A stretch of 64,000 bases of DNA from an uncultured Gammaproteobacteria bacterium. GTDB taxonomy: Bacteria > Patescibacteriota > Microgenomatia > UBA12405. The stretch spans positions 10,330 to 74,329 of the forward strand of contig CAZVMP010000002.1 of NCBI GenBank assembly GCA_964628885.1. Reading direction: 5' to 3'. Position numbers and translations under genes: made by a program. Positions 1 through 8,645 of the stretch are shown piece after piece (position 1 is the stretch's first letter; every line of letters starts with the position of its first letter). The notes under the pieces are model-generated. The model did no database searches and was not told the origin of the DNA. It saw only the letters and a program-made list of their open reading frames with translations.

Positions 1-744
1 ATAATTTTCACCAATAACCTTAGTTGGCCCAGCCATTAAGATTATATAATTATTTTTTCCTAATCTATTATCTAGTAATTTTGTTGATTTAATTAATAAT
101 TCAATTCCTTTTTGTTTGGCAACTCGACCACAAAAACCAATTAGATACTTTTTTCCTTCAGTTGCTTTTTCTATTTTTTTTATTAAATCATTATTAATTT
201 TACTTTCAAACTTTATTGGCGGGGAAATTTCTTCAACTTTTTTTAAAAAAAGTTTTAGGTAATAAGAATTCTTAGCATAGTCTCGAGTATAGCTAACTAT
301 TTTATCAGCCAAGCTCCCAGCAACTAGTTGACAAGCAAAGACTCCACCATCAATAATTTTATTTTTAATTCCTTTCCAAAAACTTAGGTCAGTATGGTGG
401 CTTAAAATTAATCTTTTTCCCATAATTTTTGCCACCAAGGCTATCCAAACAGATTCTGGTTGTGGTAAATGACAATTTACTATTTGACTATTCTTAATTT
501 CATTTATAGATGAGGTAATTAGTTTTGGATAAATTGGGCCCTTACCAATCTTAAACCAAACTCTTAATCTTTTGATTTTTACTCCGTTAATAACCTCTTC
601 TTTCTTTGTAGTAGTATCATGCCAGCTAGTTAGTATTGTCACCTTATGGCCAAGTTTCACCATTTCCTCAGCTAGTATTTTAATATAAACCGTAATTCCC
701 GAAACATTTGGCAAATAATAAGTAGTTGTTATTAAAATTTTCAC
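1..744 (-). CDS. GT4-family glycosyltransferase (partial, runs off the left edge)
   Basis: Manual translation from GTG at 744 gives MKILITTTYYLPNVSGITVYIKILAEEMVKLGHKVTILTS...IGFCGRVAKQKG, typical GT-B/GT4 motifs. Not in the ORF track because the stop lies outside the window. Confidence 0.85.
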   Translation of the reverse strand, partial: MKILITTTYYLPNVSGITVYIKILAEEMVKLGHKVTILTSWHDTTTKKEEVINGVKIKRLRVWFKIGKGPIYPKLITSSINEIKNSQIVNCHLPQPESVWIALVAKIMGKRLILSHHTDLSFWKGIKNKIIDGGVFACQLVAGSLADKIVSYTRDYAKNSYYLKLFLKKVEEISPPIKFESKINNDLIKKIEKATEGKKYLIGFCGRVAKQKGIELLIKSTKLLDNRLGKNNYIILMAGPTKVIGENY

Positions 745-786
745 TAGTTGATTATATCAACCATATTTACAGTTATAATAATAACA

Positions 787-1359
787 ATGAATCTCATTAA
801 ATCAGCTTTATTTTGGCAACCAAAAACTGATTATCTTCCTTGGTTTGAATCAAGTCCTACTCGGAAAAAAGTTCTTATTGTTCTTAATTATATTATTTGG
901 TTATTCTTTTTTTATATTTCTTTTTTATTAATTAAATTGGATTCAAATATTTTTGGGCAAATATTGACTGTCACCATTATTGCTGAAATTATAGAGAGAT
1001 TCTTAAAAAGTAAAATTAATTGGTGTCGTCCTTTATTCAAACGAAAAAATTCAACCCCATTTGGTTTAGTTGATTCTTGGTATAAAACGGGATCTTTTCC
1101 TTCTGGTCACACTATTAAGGCTGTCTATTTTTTATTATTTATTATTCAATATCAGATTTTTTCTCCGGTTATTTTTCTTTTAATTGTCCTTCCTTTATTA
1201 ACCTTCAGGGTTATTATTGGTTTCCATTATCCCGTCGATATTATTGGTGGCGTCTTTGTTGGTATTTTAATTTGGCTTTTAGGTAAAGGAATCATTTTTC
1301 CTTCTTTTTTAAATCAATTTGTTCAAACTGTTTTTAATTTTGTATTTTTTATTAAGTAG
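787..1359 (+). CDS. PAP2-family membrane phosphatase
   Basis: LKSKINWCRP, SFPSGH and RVIIGFHYPVD motifs; hydrophobic. Start set at ATG 787, 7 nt after TATAAT. Confidence 0.85.
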   Translation: MNLIKSALFWQPKTDYLPWFESSPTRKKVLIVLNYIIWLFFFYISFLLIKLDSNIFGQILTVTIIAEIIERFLKSKINWCRPLFKRKNSTPFGLVDSWYKTGSFPSGHTIKAVYFLLFIIQYQIFSPVIFLLIVLPLLTFRVIIGFHYPVDIIGGVFVGILIWLLGKGIIFPSFLNQFVQTVFNFVFFIK

Positions 1360-1362
1360 AAG

Positions 1363-3456
1363 ATGTTAACTGATTTTATTTCTATTTTAATTTGGTGGGC
1401 AACCATCTTTTTCCTTGGCCTTTTAACTCTGCCGTTTATCGTCACTATTTTTTCTAAATTTTGGGACAAGGGCTATATTTTTACTAAAACTTTGTCCTTA
1501 ATTACCGTTACCTATCTTTCTTTGATTACCAGTATTTTTAAAATCATTCCTTTTACTCTGTCAGGCTTATTAATCATAATCCTTATATATTTAACTGTTG
1601 TCTTTATTTTTCTAAAATCAAAAAACAATTATCAAAGATTTATTTCAGTTATTAAATCCCATTGTGGTATTTTTATTGCCGAGGAATTAATTTTCTTAGC
1701 CATCTTAATTATTTGGTCTCTAGTTCGTGGTTTTGCCCCTAATATTGAAGGTCTGGAAAAATATATGGATTGGGGATTTATTAATTCTGCTCTTAGAGGA
1801 CGTTTTTTACCCCCAATGGATATGTGGTTTGCTGGGGAAGTCATTAATTATTATTATTTTGGACATCTGATTTTTGCTTTAATTACAAAGGTTTCCCAAT
1901 TAAGTTCTGCTATCACTTATAACTTATCTATTGCTACAGTTTGTTCCCTAACTTTTGTCAGTACTTTTTCTTTAACTTCAAACCTTGTTTATATTTTGCT
2001 TAGAAAAACCAGTTTTAAAAAAGTAATTATTGCCGGCCTCATTTCCTCACTTCTTCTTACCTTTGGTGGTAATTTTCATTCAGTCTTTAAAATCGCTAAA
2101 AACAATTATCTTCAAAATCAAAATAAATTAGTTTTTACTAAAGCAGCTCTCAGTCGGGCTATTTCTAATTATTGGTATCCTGACGCTACCAGATTTATTG
2201 GCCACGATCCCGATATTCAGGACAAAACTATTCATGAATTCCCTATCTACAGTTTTGTTGTTGCTGACCTTCATGGTCATATGAATGATATCTTTATCAT
2301 TATCTTTTTTATGGCTTTTTTGTTTATTTCTTTTTTAAAGCCCCAATCTTTATTTAATTGGAAATTTATATCTTTTTCTGGATTTATCCTTTCAATTTCC
2401 TATATGACTAATGCCTGGGATTTTGCCGTCTATGGCTTACTATTAGCTATTTTTACCTTTATTTATAACTATCATAAAACTGGTTTTGACAGCCTTATTA
2501 AAACTATTAGTAATGGCTTACTTGTCATTGTTTTTTGGTATCTTTTTACTCTTCCTTTTTCCTTAAAATTTATTCCTATGATGGAGGGGGTTCGTTTAGT
2601 CGATAATCATTCTCCTTTTTATCAACTCTTTATTCTTTATGGTGGATTTTGGTTAATTAGTTTCCCTTTTTTGATTAAATTTTTAGTTAATTTTTTTAAA
2701 AAAAATAACTCTAAAATTTCTCCCTCTGATATTTTTGTCTTATCTCTAATTCTGACCGCCACTATCTTAATAATTATTCCCGAAATTATCTATATTAAGG
2801 ATATTTATATCTACGAGCATCGTCGAGCCAATACTATGTTCAAACTAGTTTATCAGGCCTTTATTATCTATTCACTTGTTTCTGGATATATTTTTATTCG
2901 TCTTCCTCAAATTGTTAAATCAAAAACCATTACTATTTTTTACAAAATTATTTTTTCTTTTGTTTTTATTACCCACCTGATCTACCCATATTTTGCTATT
3001 AAATCATATTATAATAATTTCGAAACTTATCGAGGTTTGGATGGTTTGAAATATCTCCAAGAGCTTTACCCAGATAATTACCAAGCAATTTTATGGATAA
3101 ATAAAAATATTTCTGGTCAACCTGTAATGCTGGAAGCGGTTGGGGATAGTTACACTACCTTTAATCATGTTTCTTCTGCTACTGGTTTGCCAACAGTTCA
3201 GGGTTGGGTAGTTCACGAATGGCTTTGGCGAGGTGGTTATGATGCTCCTGCTGCCAGGCAATTAGATGTTAACACTATTTATTCTTCGTCGGATATTGAT
3301 GATATTAAAAATTTGATATCAAAATATCAAATTAAATACATTTTTATTGGTGATAAAGAATATGAAGAATATTCCGAACTTAGTCTTGAAAAGTTTACAG
3401 ATCTTGATGCCAAGATTGTTTTTCAATCTGGTAAAACCATAATTTACCAACTATAG
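1363..3456 (+). CDS. DUF2298 / YYY-type polytopic membrane protein (GT-C-like)
   Basis: EKYMD, PPMDMWFAG, INYYYFGH, TIHEFP, DLHGH and NTMFK motifs; many TM segments. Confidence 0.75.
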   Translation: MLTDFISILIWWATIFFLGLLTLPFIVTIFSKFWDKGYIFTKTLSLITVTYLSLITSIFKIIPFTLSGLLIIILIYLTVVFIFLKSKNNYQRFISVIKSHCGIFIAEELIFLAILIIWSLVRGFAPNIEGLEKYMDWGFINSALRGRFLPPMDMWFAGEVINYYYFGHLIFALITKVSQLSSAITYNLSIATVCSLTFVSTFSLTSNLVYILLRKTSFKKVIIAGLISSLLLTFGGNFHSVFKIAKNNYLQNQNKLVFTKAALSRAISNYWYPDATRFIGHDPDIQDKTIHEFPIYSFVVADLHGHMNDIFIIIFFMAFLFISFLKPQSLFNWKFISFSGFILSISYMTNAWDFAVYGLLLAIFTFIYNYHKTGFDSLIKTISNGLLVIVFWYLFTLPFSLKFIPMMEGVRLVDNHSPFYQLFILYGGFWLISFPFLIKFLVNFFKKNNSKISPSDIFVLSLILTATILIIIPEIIYIKDIYIYEHRRANTMFKLVYQAFIIYSLVSGYIFIRLPQIVKSKTITIFYKIIFSFVFITHLIYPYFAIKSYYNNFETYRGLDGLKYLQELYPDNYQAILWINKNISGQPVMLEAVGDSYTTFNHVSSATGLPTVQGWVVHEWLWRGGYDAPAARQLDVNTIYSSSDIDDIKNLISKYQIKYIFIGDKEYEEYSELSLEKFTDLDAKIVFQSGKTIIYQL

Positions 3457-3465
3457 TAAATCTAC

Positions 3466-5352
3466 ATGTCCGATATCTTATCAGGTCTTAATCCTCAGCA
3501 ACAGCAAGCCGTTACTTATATTGGCTCCCCTCTATTGTTATTGGCTGGGGCTGGTTCTGGTAAAACTCGAGTTTTGACTCATCGAGCCGCCTATTTTGTT
3601 GATCAAAAGATTGCCTCTCCTGATCAAATTGTTCTATTAACTTTTACTAATAAAGCCGCTGGAGAAATGAAAAATCGTCTCCAAAAACTTATTTCCACAA
3701 CCCATAAATCACCAAACTTATTTGCCGGGACTTTTCATTCCTTTTGTTGTCAGATTTTGCGTCGTGATGGTCTTCGGATAGGGATTAATCCTCAGTTTAT
3801 TATCTACGATACCTCAGATCAGGAAAATGTTATTAAATCATCACTCCTTGATCTTAATCTTAACCCTAAAGAATTTAAGTCTTCTAGTCTTCTTTATTTC
3901 ATTGAGTCTGCCAAGAATTCTTTTCAAACCCCCTCTGATGCCGCTTCTCAAGCCCATGGATTTTGGCAGGAATACGCCAGCAAAGTTTATCGTCTCTATC
4001 AAAAAAAAATGGAGGAATATCAAGCTCTAGATTTTGATGATCTTTTATTCAAAACTGTTAGTCTGTTTACAGAACACCCTAAAGTTTTAGAAAAATATCA
4101 AGACATATACCGCTTTATTCTAGTTGATGAATATCAGGATACTAATCAAATTCAGTATCTATTAACCAAGCTTTTAGCCCAAAAATATCACCATCTAACC
4201 GTTGTTGGTGATGCCTCCCAAGCCATTTATGGTTGGCGCGGAGCTAATTTTAAAAATCTTATGAACTTAACTGTCGACTTTAAGGATACTAAGACTATTA
4301 ATTTAGAGCAAAATTATCGTTCCACTCAAATAATTCTTAATGCCGCTAATTCTGTTATTTCTAAAAACATTTCTCATCCGATTTTAAAACTTTTTACCCA
4401 AAAACAGTCGCAGGATAAGATTAAGTTATATGAGGCTCCTTCTGAAATTGCTGAAGCCGAATTCATTGCCCAAAAAATAAAATTTATTCAGACTAATCAG
4501 CAGATTCCTTTAAGAAATATTGCCGTTCTTTATCGTATGAACGCCCAATCCCGAGTGATTGAGGAGGCCTTTTTAAAATATAGTCTTCCTTATGTTCTTA
4601 TTGGTGGCACCAGATTCTATGAAAGAGCTGAAATCAAAGATCTGTTGGCTATGATTCGTTTTGCTACCAATCGTCATGATCAAATTTCTCTTGATAGGTT
4701 AACCAAGGTTTTTGGTAAACGCCGTTTCTCTGTTTTTATGACTCATCTTAATAATCTTGATATTACTTCTCTAACTTCACTTCAAATTATAGAGTCTCTT
4801 ATTACTGGCTCCGGTTATCTTGACCGTTATGATTCTAAAGATGAGGATGATCAAAGAAAGATAGAAAATATTAAAGAATTAAAATCTGTTGCTACTACCT
4901 TTCCTAAAATCAGTCAATTTTTAGAAAATGTTGCCTTAGTTCAGCAGGAATATTCTCTTCAGGAAAAAAATAAAAAGAAAGAAAATCGTGATGGGGTTAG
5001 ACTAATGACTCTTCATGGGGCTAAGGGTTTAGAATTTGAAGTTGTTTTTATAGTTGGCTTTGAAGAGGGGATTCTACCCCACTCTCGTTGTTTAATTGAT
5101 GAATCTGAAGTTGAAGAAGAGCGTCGCCTTTGTTATGTTGGGATTACCCGAGCCAAAGATTATTTATATCTTTCTTATGCCAGTCAGCGCCTTTATTTTG
5201 GTAAAAGTAGTCTTAATGAACCTAGTCGTTTTTTAGCCGACATTCCAAATGATTTGGTAGAATTAGACGAACCTCAGGAAATCATTAGGGATTATCGTCA
5301 TCGTCACAAATCCTCTGATGATGACCTTATTTATGACCCCGATATTTATTAA
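3466..5352 (+). CDS. pcrA: PcrA/UvrD DNA helicase
   Basis: AGAGSGKT, TFTNKAA, VDEYQD, LEQNYRS, TLHGAKGLEF and EEERRLCYVGITRA motifs. Confidence 0.92.
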   Translation: MSDILSGLNPQQQQAVTYIGSPLLLLAGAGSGKTRVLTHRAAYFVDQKIASPDQIVLLTFTNKAAGEMKNRLQKLISTTHKSPNLFAGTFHSFCCQILRRDGLRIGINPQFIIYDTSDQENVIKSSLLDLNLNPKEFKSSSLLYFIESAKNSFQTPSDAASQAHGFWQEYASKVYRLYQKKMEEYQALDFDDLLFKTVSLFTEHPKVLEKYQDIYRFILVDEYQDTNQIQYLLTKLLAQKYHHLTVVGDASQAIYGWRGANFKNLMNLTVDFKDTKTINLEQNYRSTQIILNAANSVISKNISHPILKLFTQKQSQDKIKLYEAPSEIAEAEFIAQKIKFIQTNQQIPLRNIAVLYRMNAQSRVIEEAFLKYSLPYVLIGGTRFYERAEIKDLLAMIRFATNRHDQISLDRLTKVFGKRRFSVFMTHLNNLDITSLTSLQIIESLITGSGYLDRYDSKDEDDQRKIENIKELKSVATTFPKISQFLENVALVQQEYSLQEKNKKKENRDGVRLMTLHGAKGLEFEVVFIVGFEEGILPHSRCLIDESEVEEERRLCYVGITRAKDYLYLSYASQRLYFGKSSLNEPSRFLADIPNDLVELDEPQEIIRDYRHRHKSSDDDLIYDPDIY

Positions 5353-5353
5353 T

Positions 5354-6361
5354 ATGACCACCAGACTTTTAACCAATAAGGATAAAACAAAATATAATTC
5401 TGTTATTAAGCACCCCGTCCAAACTTGGGAATGGGGGGAATTCCAACAGAGTCAAGGACACCAGGTTTTTAGATTTGGTGTTTTTGATAATAATAAGCTT
5501 ATCTCTGCTTTCACCATTAGTTTCCATAAAATTCCCAAAACTAATCTTTCTGTCGGAACCATTTTACGCGGTCCAAAAATTGACGAAGACATTCTTCAGG
5601 TTATTAAAAAAGTTGCCTTAAAACAAAATGCCATTTTTGTTAAATTAGAGCCAGATGTTGCCAAGACCCAAGCTTCTATGCAGTTTCCCATGTTAGTCCC
5701 TTCTCCTAAAGTTGCTTTTTATCCTCACACTTTTATTATTGATACTAATAAAACCGAAGACCAGCTTATTGCTAAACTTCATCCCAAGACTAGGTATAAT
5801 ATCAAAGTTGCCAATCGTCATGGAGTTGAAGTTAAAAGATTAACTACCGATAAGGGTTTTGAAATTTATCTTAAATTATTACTTAGTACCACTAAACGTC
5901 AAGGGTTTTATCTTCATACCGCTAAATATCACCGGGATTTATGGAAAATACTTAAAAATACCGATATTCCTCATATTATCTTAGCTTCATATCAAGGCCA
6001 AGTATTATCGGCATTTATGCTTTTTAAATTTAAAGATCAGTTATTTTATCCTTATGGAGCCTCTTTAGATATTAATCGTCAAGTTATGGCTCCAACCCTT
6101 CTTATGTGGGAGGCTATTAAATTAGCAAAAAAACTTAATTGTCATACTTTTGATATGTGGGGTTGTCTTGGTCCTGATGCCAAAGAAGGCCAAAATGGCT
6201 TTGGTTTTCATCGATTTAAACAAGGTTTTGGAGGTGAACTTTTTGAATATCTTGGAACCTATGACCTTGTTATTAATCCTTTTTTGTATTATTTATATAA
6301 TTTAGTCGATAAATTACGCTGGCGCTTACTTAGAATTAAGGCCAGGATTACCAAAAGGTAA
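5354..6361 (+). CDS. FemAB/FemX-family lipid II peptidyltransferase
   Basis: HPVQTWEWG, KTRYNIKVA, FDMWG and GFHRFKQGFGG motifs. Confidence 0.85.
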   Translation: MTTRLLTNKDKTKYNSVIKHPVQTWEWGEFQQSQGHQVFRFGVFDNNKLISAFTISFHKIPKTNLSVGTILRGPKIDEDILQVIKKVALKQNAIFVKLEPDVAKTQASMQFPMLVPSPKVAFYPHTFIIDTNKTEDQLIAKLHPKTRYNIKVANRHGVEVKRLTTDKGFEIYLKLLLSTTKRQGFYLHTAKYHRDLWKILKNTDIPHIILASYQGQVLSAFMLFKFKDQLFYPYGASLDINRQVMAPTLLMWEAIKLAKKLNCHTFDMWGCLGPDAKEGQNGFGFHRFKQGFGGELFEYLGTYDLVINPFLYYLYNLVDKLRWRLLRIKARITKR

Positions 6362-6388
6362 AATTTCCCAATTCTTGTATTTTTTTAC

Positions 6389-6437
6389 AAAAAAAAGGAT
6401 GGGTTGTTTACGAGTGTAACTCGAACTTTCCCATCCT
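6389..6437 (-). terminator. Intrinsic terminator closing the radical SAM operon
   Basis: Minus strand reads AGGATGGG...CCCATCCT followed by a T tract, about 12 nt after the LemA-like stop; internal CGAG/CTCG stem. Confidence 0.75.
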
Positions 6438-6449
6438 AAGATAATATAA

Positions 6450-7112
6450 CTAGTTTAATTTTGGTAGTGTTACCACTTCATCAACATTTGGAGATCCGTA
6501 AGTCAACGATTCCGGTAAATCCCTAACACCAAGTGCTTTGGCTACTCGAGCCACCACATCGCCGGAGGCTTTTGTTCTTTCCGTGTTGTAATCTTCTACC
6601 GCCTTATACCAATCGCTTAAGCTGGCCATTATTTCGTTATATGCTTCATTAACATAACGATTGGTCTCTTTTAAGGATTCAACATCTAGCGACTGTATTG
6701 GCGCTTCAGTTAAAGTCACTGCATAGTTATTAACAGTGATTGCCATGTCCGCTGGGGTAGCTTTAGATTCAACCAACTTACTCAAGTCAATCTTACTAGG
6801 ATCAAGGATATTTCCTTTTTCATCAGTATATTGTGCATTTTGATTTGACAACTTAACTCCAAAATCTGCCAACGATTCTCGGTATACTTTCGTTTTTTCT
6901 ACGTCTGCTTGTAAGTACTTATTGTAGATGTCCAAGTAATTTTGGATTTTGTTAAACCCAAGCATAATTGTCGTTCGACTTTTTGCCGCCGCTTTTTGTG
7001 CTTGTTGGTATACAGAAATCAGTCGATCGTATTGACTTACCACCGAACCGCACCCGCTAAAGGTTAACACTATTACCAACAACAAGATTAATCCCAACAA
7101 CCTTTTTTTCAT
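6450..7112 (-). CDS. Divergent LemA-family lipoprotein
   Basis: Lipobox FSGC, then YDRLISVYQQAQKAAA and C-terminal EIMASLSDWYKAVEDYNT...VVARVAKALG resembling LemA helices. GAGG SD; ATG overlaps the upstream TAA. Confidence 0.65.
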   Translation of the reverse strand: MKKRLLGLILLLVIVLTFSGCGSVVSQYDRLISVYQQAQKAAAKSRTTIMLGFNKIQNYLDIYNKYLQADVEKTKVYRESLADFGVKLSNQNAQYTDEKGNILDPSKIDLSKLVESKATPADMAITVNNYAVTLTEAPIQSLDVESLKETNRYVNEAYNEIMASLSDWYKAVEDYNTERTKASGDVVARVAKALGVRDLPESLTYGSPNVDEVVTLPKLN

Positions 7113-7648
7113 TAAAAATTCCTCTCTTTCCAAATTCTTCTTAAGATTTCATCAGTATTCCTTACAATTGAGTCAATTGCTCCATCAAAATCGTTTTCAT
7201 TAGCATAATTTGCCGCCTCTTCTAACATTGGTCCATAGTCTCCTGGAGTTAACCAAGTTAAGTGTGTTGAAATTTCAATTGTAACTCGGTTGTTTTCAGG
7301 TTTAACATCAGGTCTAATCAACCAAACAATCGCTCTTTGATTTTCAGTATCTCCAAGCTTAACTTTTCGACCCCAATTCATTGCCCAAATTTTTTCATCA
7401 TCAAGTGGGCCGTTGTTTATAATGCCTTTTTGAATAATTATTGCAACTTCTGCAATTTTATCTTCTTTTAATTTTTGAAGAACCCTGTCAGCATTCAAAA
7501 CAACTTTCTGACTTAAGAGACCGTTTTGGTCAACAACCCAATATTTACCAATAGCAGGGAATTCTGGCTGTGTTTTTTTTGTTGTCGTACACGAACTGGT
7601 TGCTATCATTATTATCAAAAAAAGGGTTAAAAGTATTTTTTTATTCAT
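7112..7648 (-). CDS. TPM-domain lipoprotein
   Basis: Lipobox TSSC; YWVVDQNGLLS, EVAIII, KLGDTENQRAIVWLI and RVTIEIS match the TPM (TLP18.3/Psb32/MOLO-1) pattern. Confidence 0.75.
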   Translation of the reverse strand: MNKKILLTLFLIIMIATSSCTTTKKTQPEFPAIGKYWVVDQNGLLSQKVVLNADRVLQKLKEDKIAEVAIIIQKGIINNGPLDDEKIWAMNWGRKVKLGDTENQRAIVWLIRPDVKPENNRVTIEISTHLTWLTPGDYGPMLEEAANYANENDFDGAIDSIVRNTDEILRRIWKERNF

Positions 7649-8639
7649 TCTTTTTTACACTTCCTTCATTAGGTTTAGCAACTAATTTAACAATTCGGTA
7701 ACCTTTTTCTGAACAACCAGCTCTTCCTCCACCAGCACAAGCACAAGCGCAAGCACAACTAGAGACACAACTTGATCCTCGGCCAGAAAAGCTTCCGCTT
7801 CCTCCTCCCGATTTTAAACTACCTCCAGATGAACCACCAATGAACCGACCTCCGCCATATCCACCGCCTCCACTACTTCCGCCACCTGAGCCTCCTCCAC
7901 CAGAAAAGTTGTAAATTAACATAATAACTAGGAGAAATAATATCGAGATGATCATAATTGCTACGATTATAATTATTAAGATATCGGCAAGACTTTTCTC
8001 TTCTTTTTGGAGCATTTCTTCATCATCTATTGAGAAATAGTCACCACCCATCGTAATTGTAATCGCCTTGGCTTTTTGGTTTTCTTTTAGATTTTCTGTT
8101 AAGAAAATCAATTGTCCTGGAGTCTTTTGTTCCAGTTCTGGTTCAACTTTTATAAGTACTATCTCTCCAGGGTTTACCCTTACCCATAATTTTTCGATCT
8201 GGGCAAAATCAAACCAACCAGGAACAAACTTAAATCCATATCCCTCATCCGTTTTATATATCATCCTCTTTTGAAGAATTGAGAAATTAAAACGGAAACG
8301 GTCTCCTTTTAAAGGAAGGTTGATAAAGTTTAATTGAACCTGTGATGTCGATGAAGTAATTGCTTTCGTGTCGCTAATTAATTCTTTTGGTTCATAACTA
8401 ACAATCTCAAAGTTTCTATTTGGAACCCCAACTTGCAAATAAGCCTTCCCGCGTGGAAAGTCAGTTACTGCTTCATAATCAAACTCATAGTTAATTAACA
8501 ATGAGCCATCTTTTTGAGGTTCGATCGAGACGGTATAGCTATGTATCACGTCAGGAGGTGTTGCCGACTGCCCTCCAAGTACCGGTAAGATTAATAATCC
8601 TATTAATAAGACTATTAAAACTAGTAAATTCTTTTTCAT
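7641..8639 (-). CDS. Single-pass membrane protein (DUF2207-like ectodomain) with Gly-rich linker and Cys-rich C-terminal tail
   Basis: Signal peptide; IHSYTVSIEPQKDGSLLINY resembles the DUF2207 N-terminus; TM at about aa 220-245; tail GGGGSGGG...SSCVSSCACACACAGGGRAGC. Confidence 0.75.
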   Translation of the reverse strand: MKKNLLVLIVLLIGLLILPVLGGQSATPPDVIHSYTVSIEPQKDGSLLINYEFDYEAVTDFPRGKAYLQVGVPNRNFEIVSYEPKELISDTKAITSSTSQVQLNFINLPLKGDRFRFNFSILQKRMIYKTDEGYGFKFVPGWFDFAQIEKLWVRVNPGEIVLIKVEPELEQKTPGQLIFLTENLKENQKAKAITITMGGDYFSIDDEEMLQKEEKSLADILIIIIVAIMIISILFLLVIMLIYNFSGGGGSGGGSSGGGGYGGGRFIGGSSGGSLKSGGGSGSFSGRGSSCVSSCACACACAGGGRAGCSEKGYRIVKLVAKPNEGSVKKNE

Positions 8640-8645
8640 TTATAG

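Noticed and set aside
6396-6437. Accessory-gene terminators as integron attC sites
   Set aside because: They lack properly placed RYYYAAC and GTTRRRY boxes, and no integron integrase is in the window.
7735-7760. GCACAA repeats as a microsatellite or CRISPR-like array
   Set aside because: Only about four imperfect units, explained by Cys-Ala codons; no spacers.
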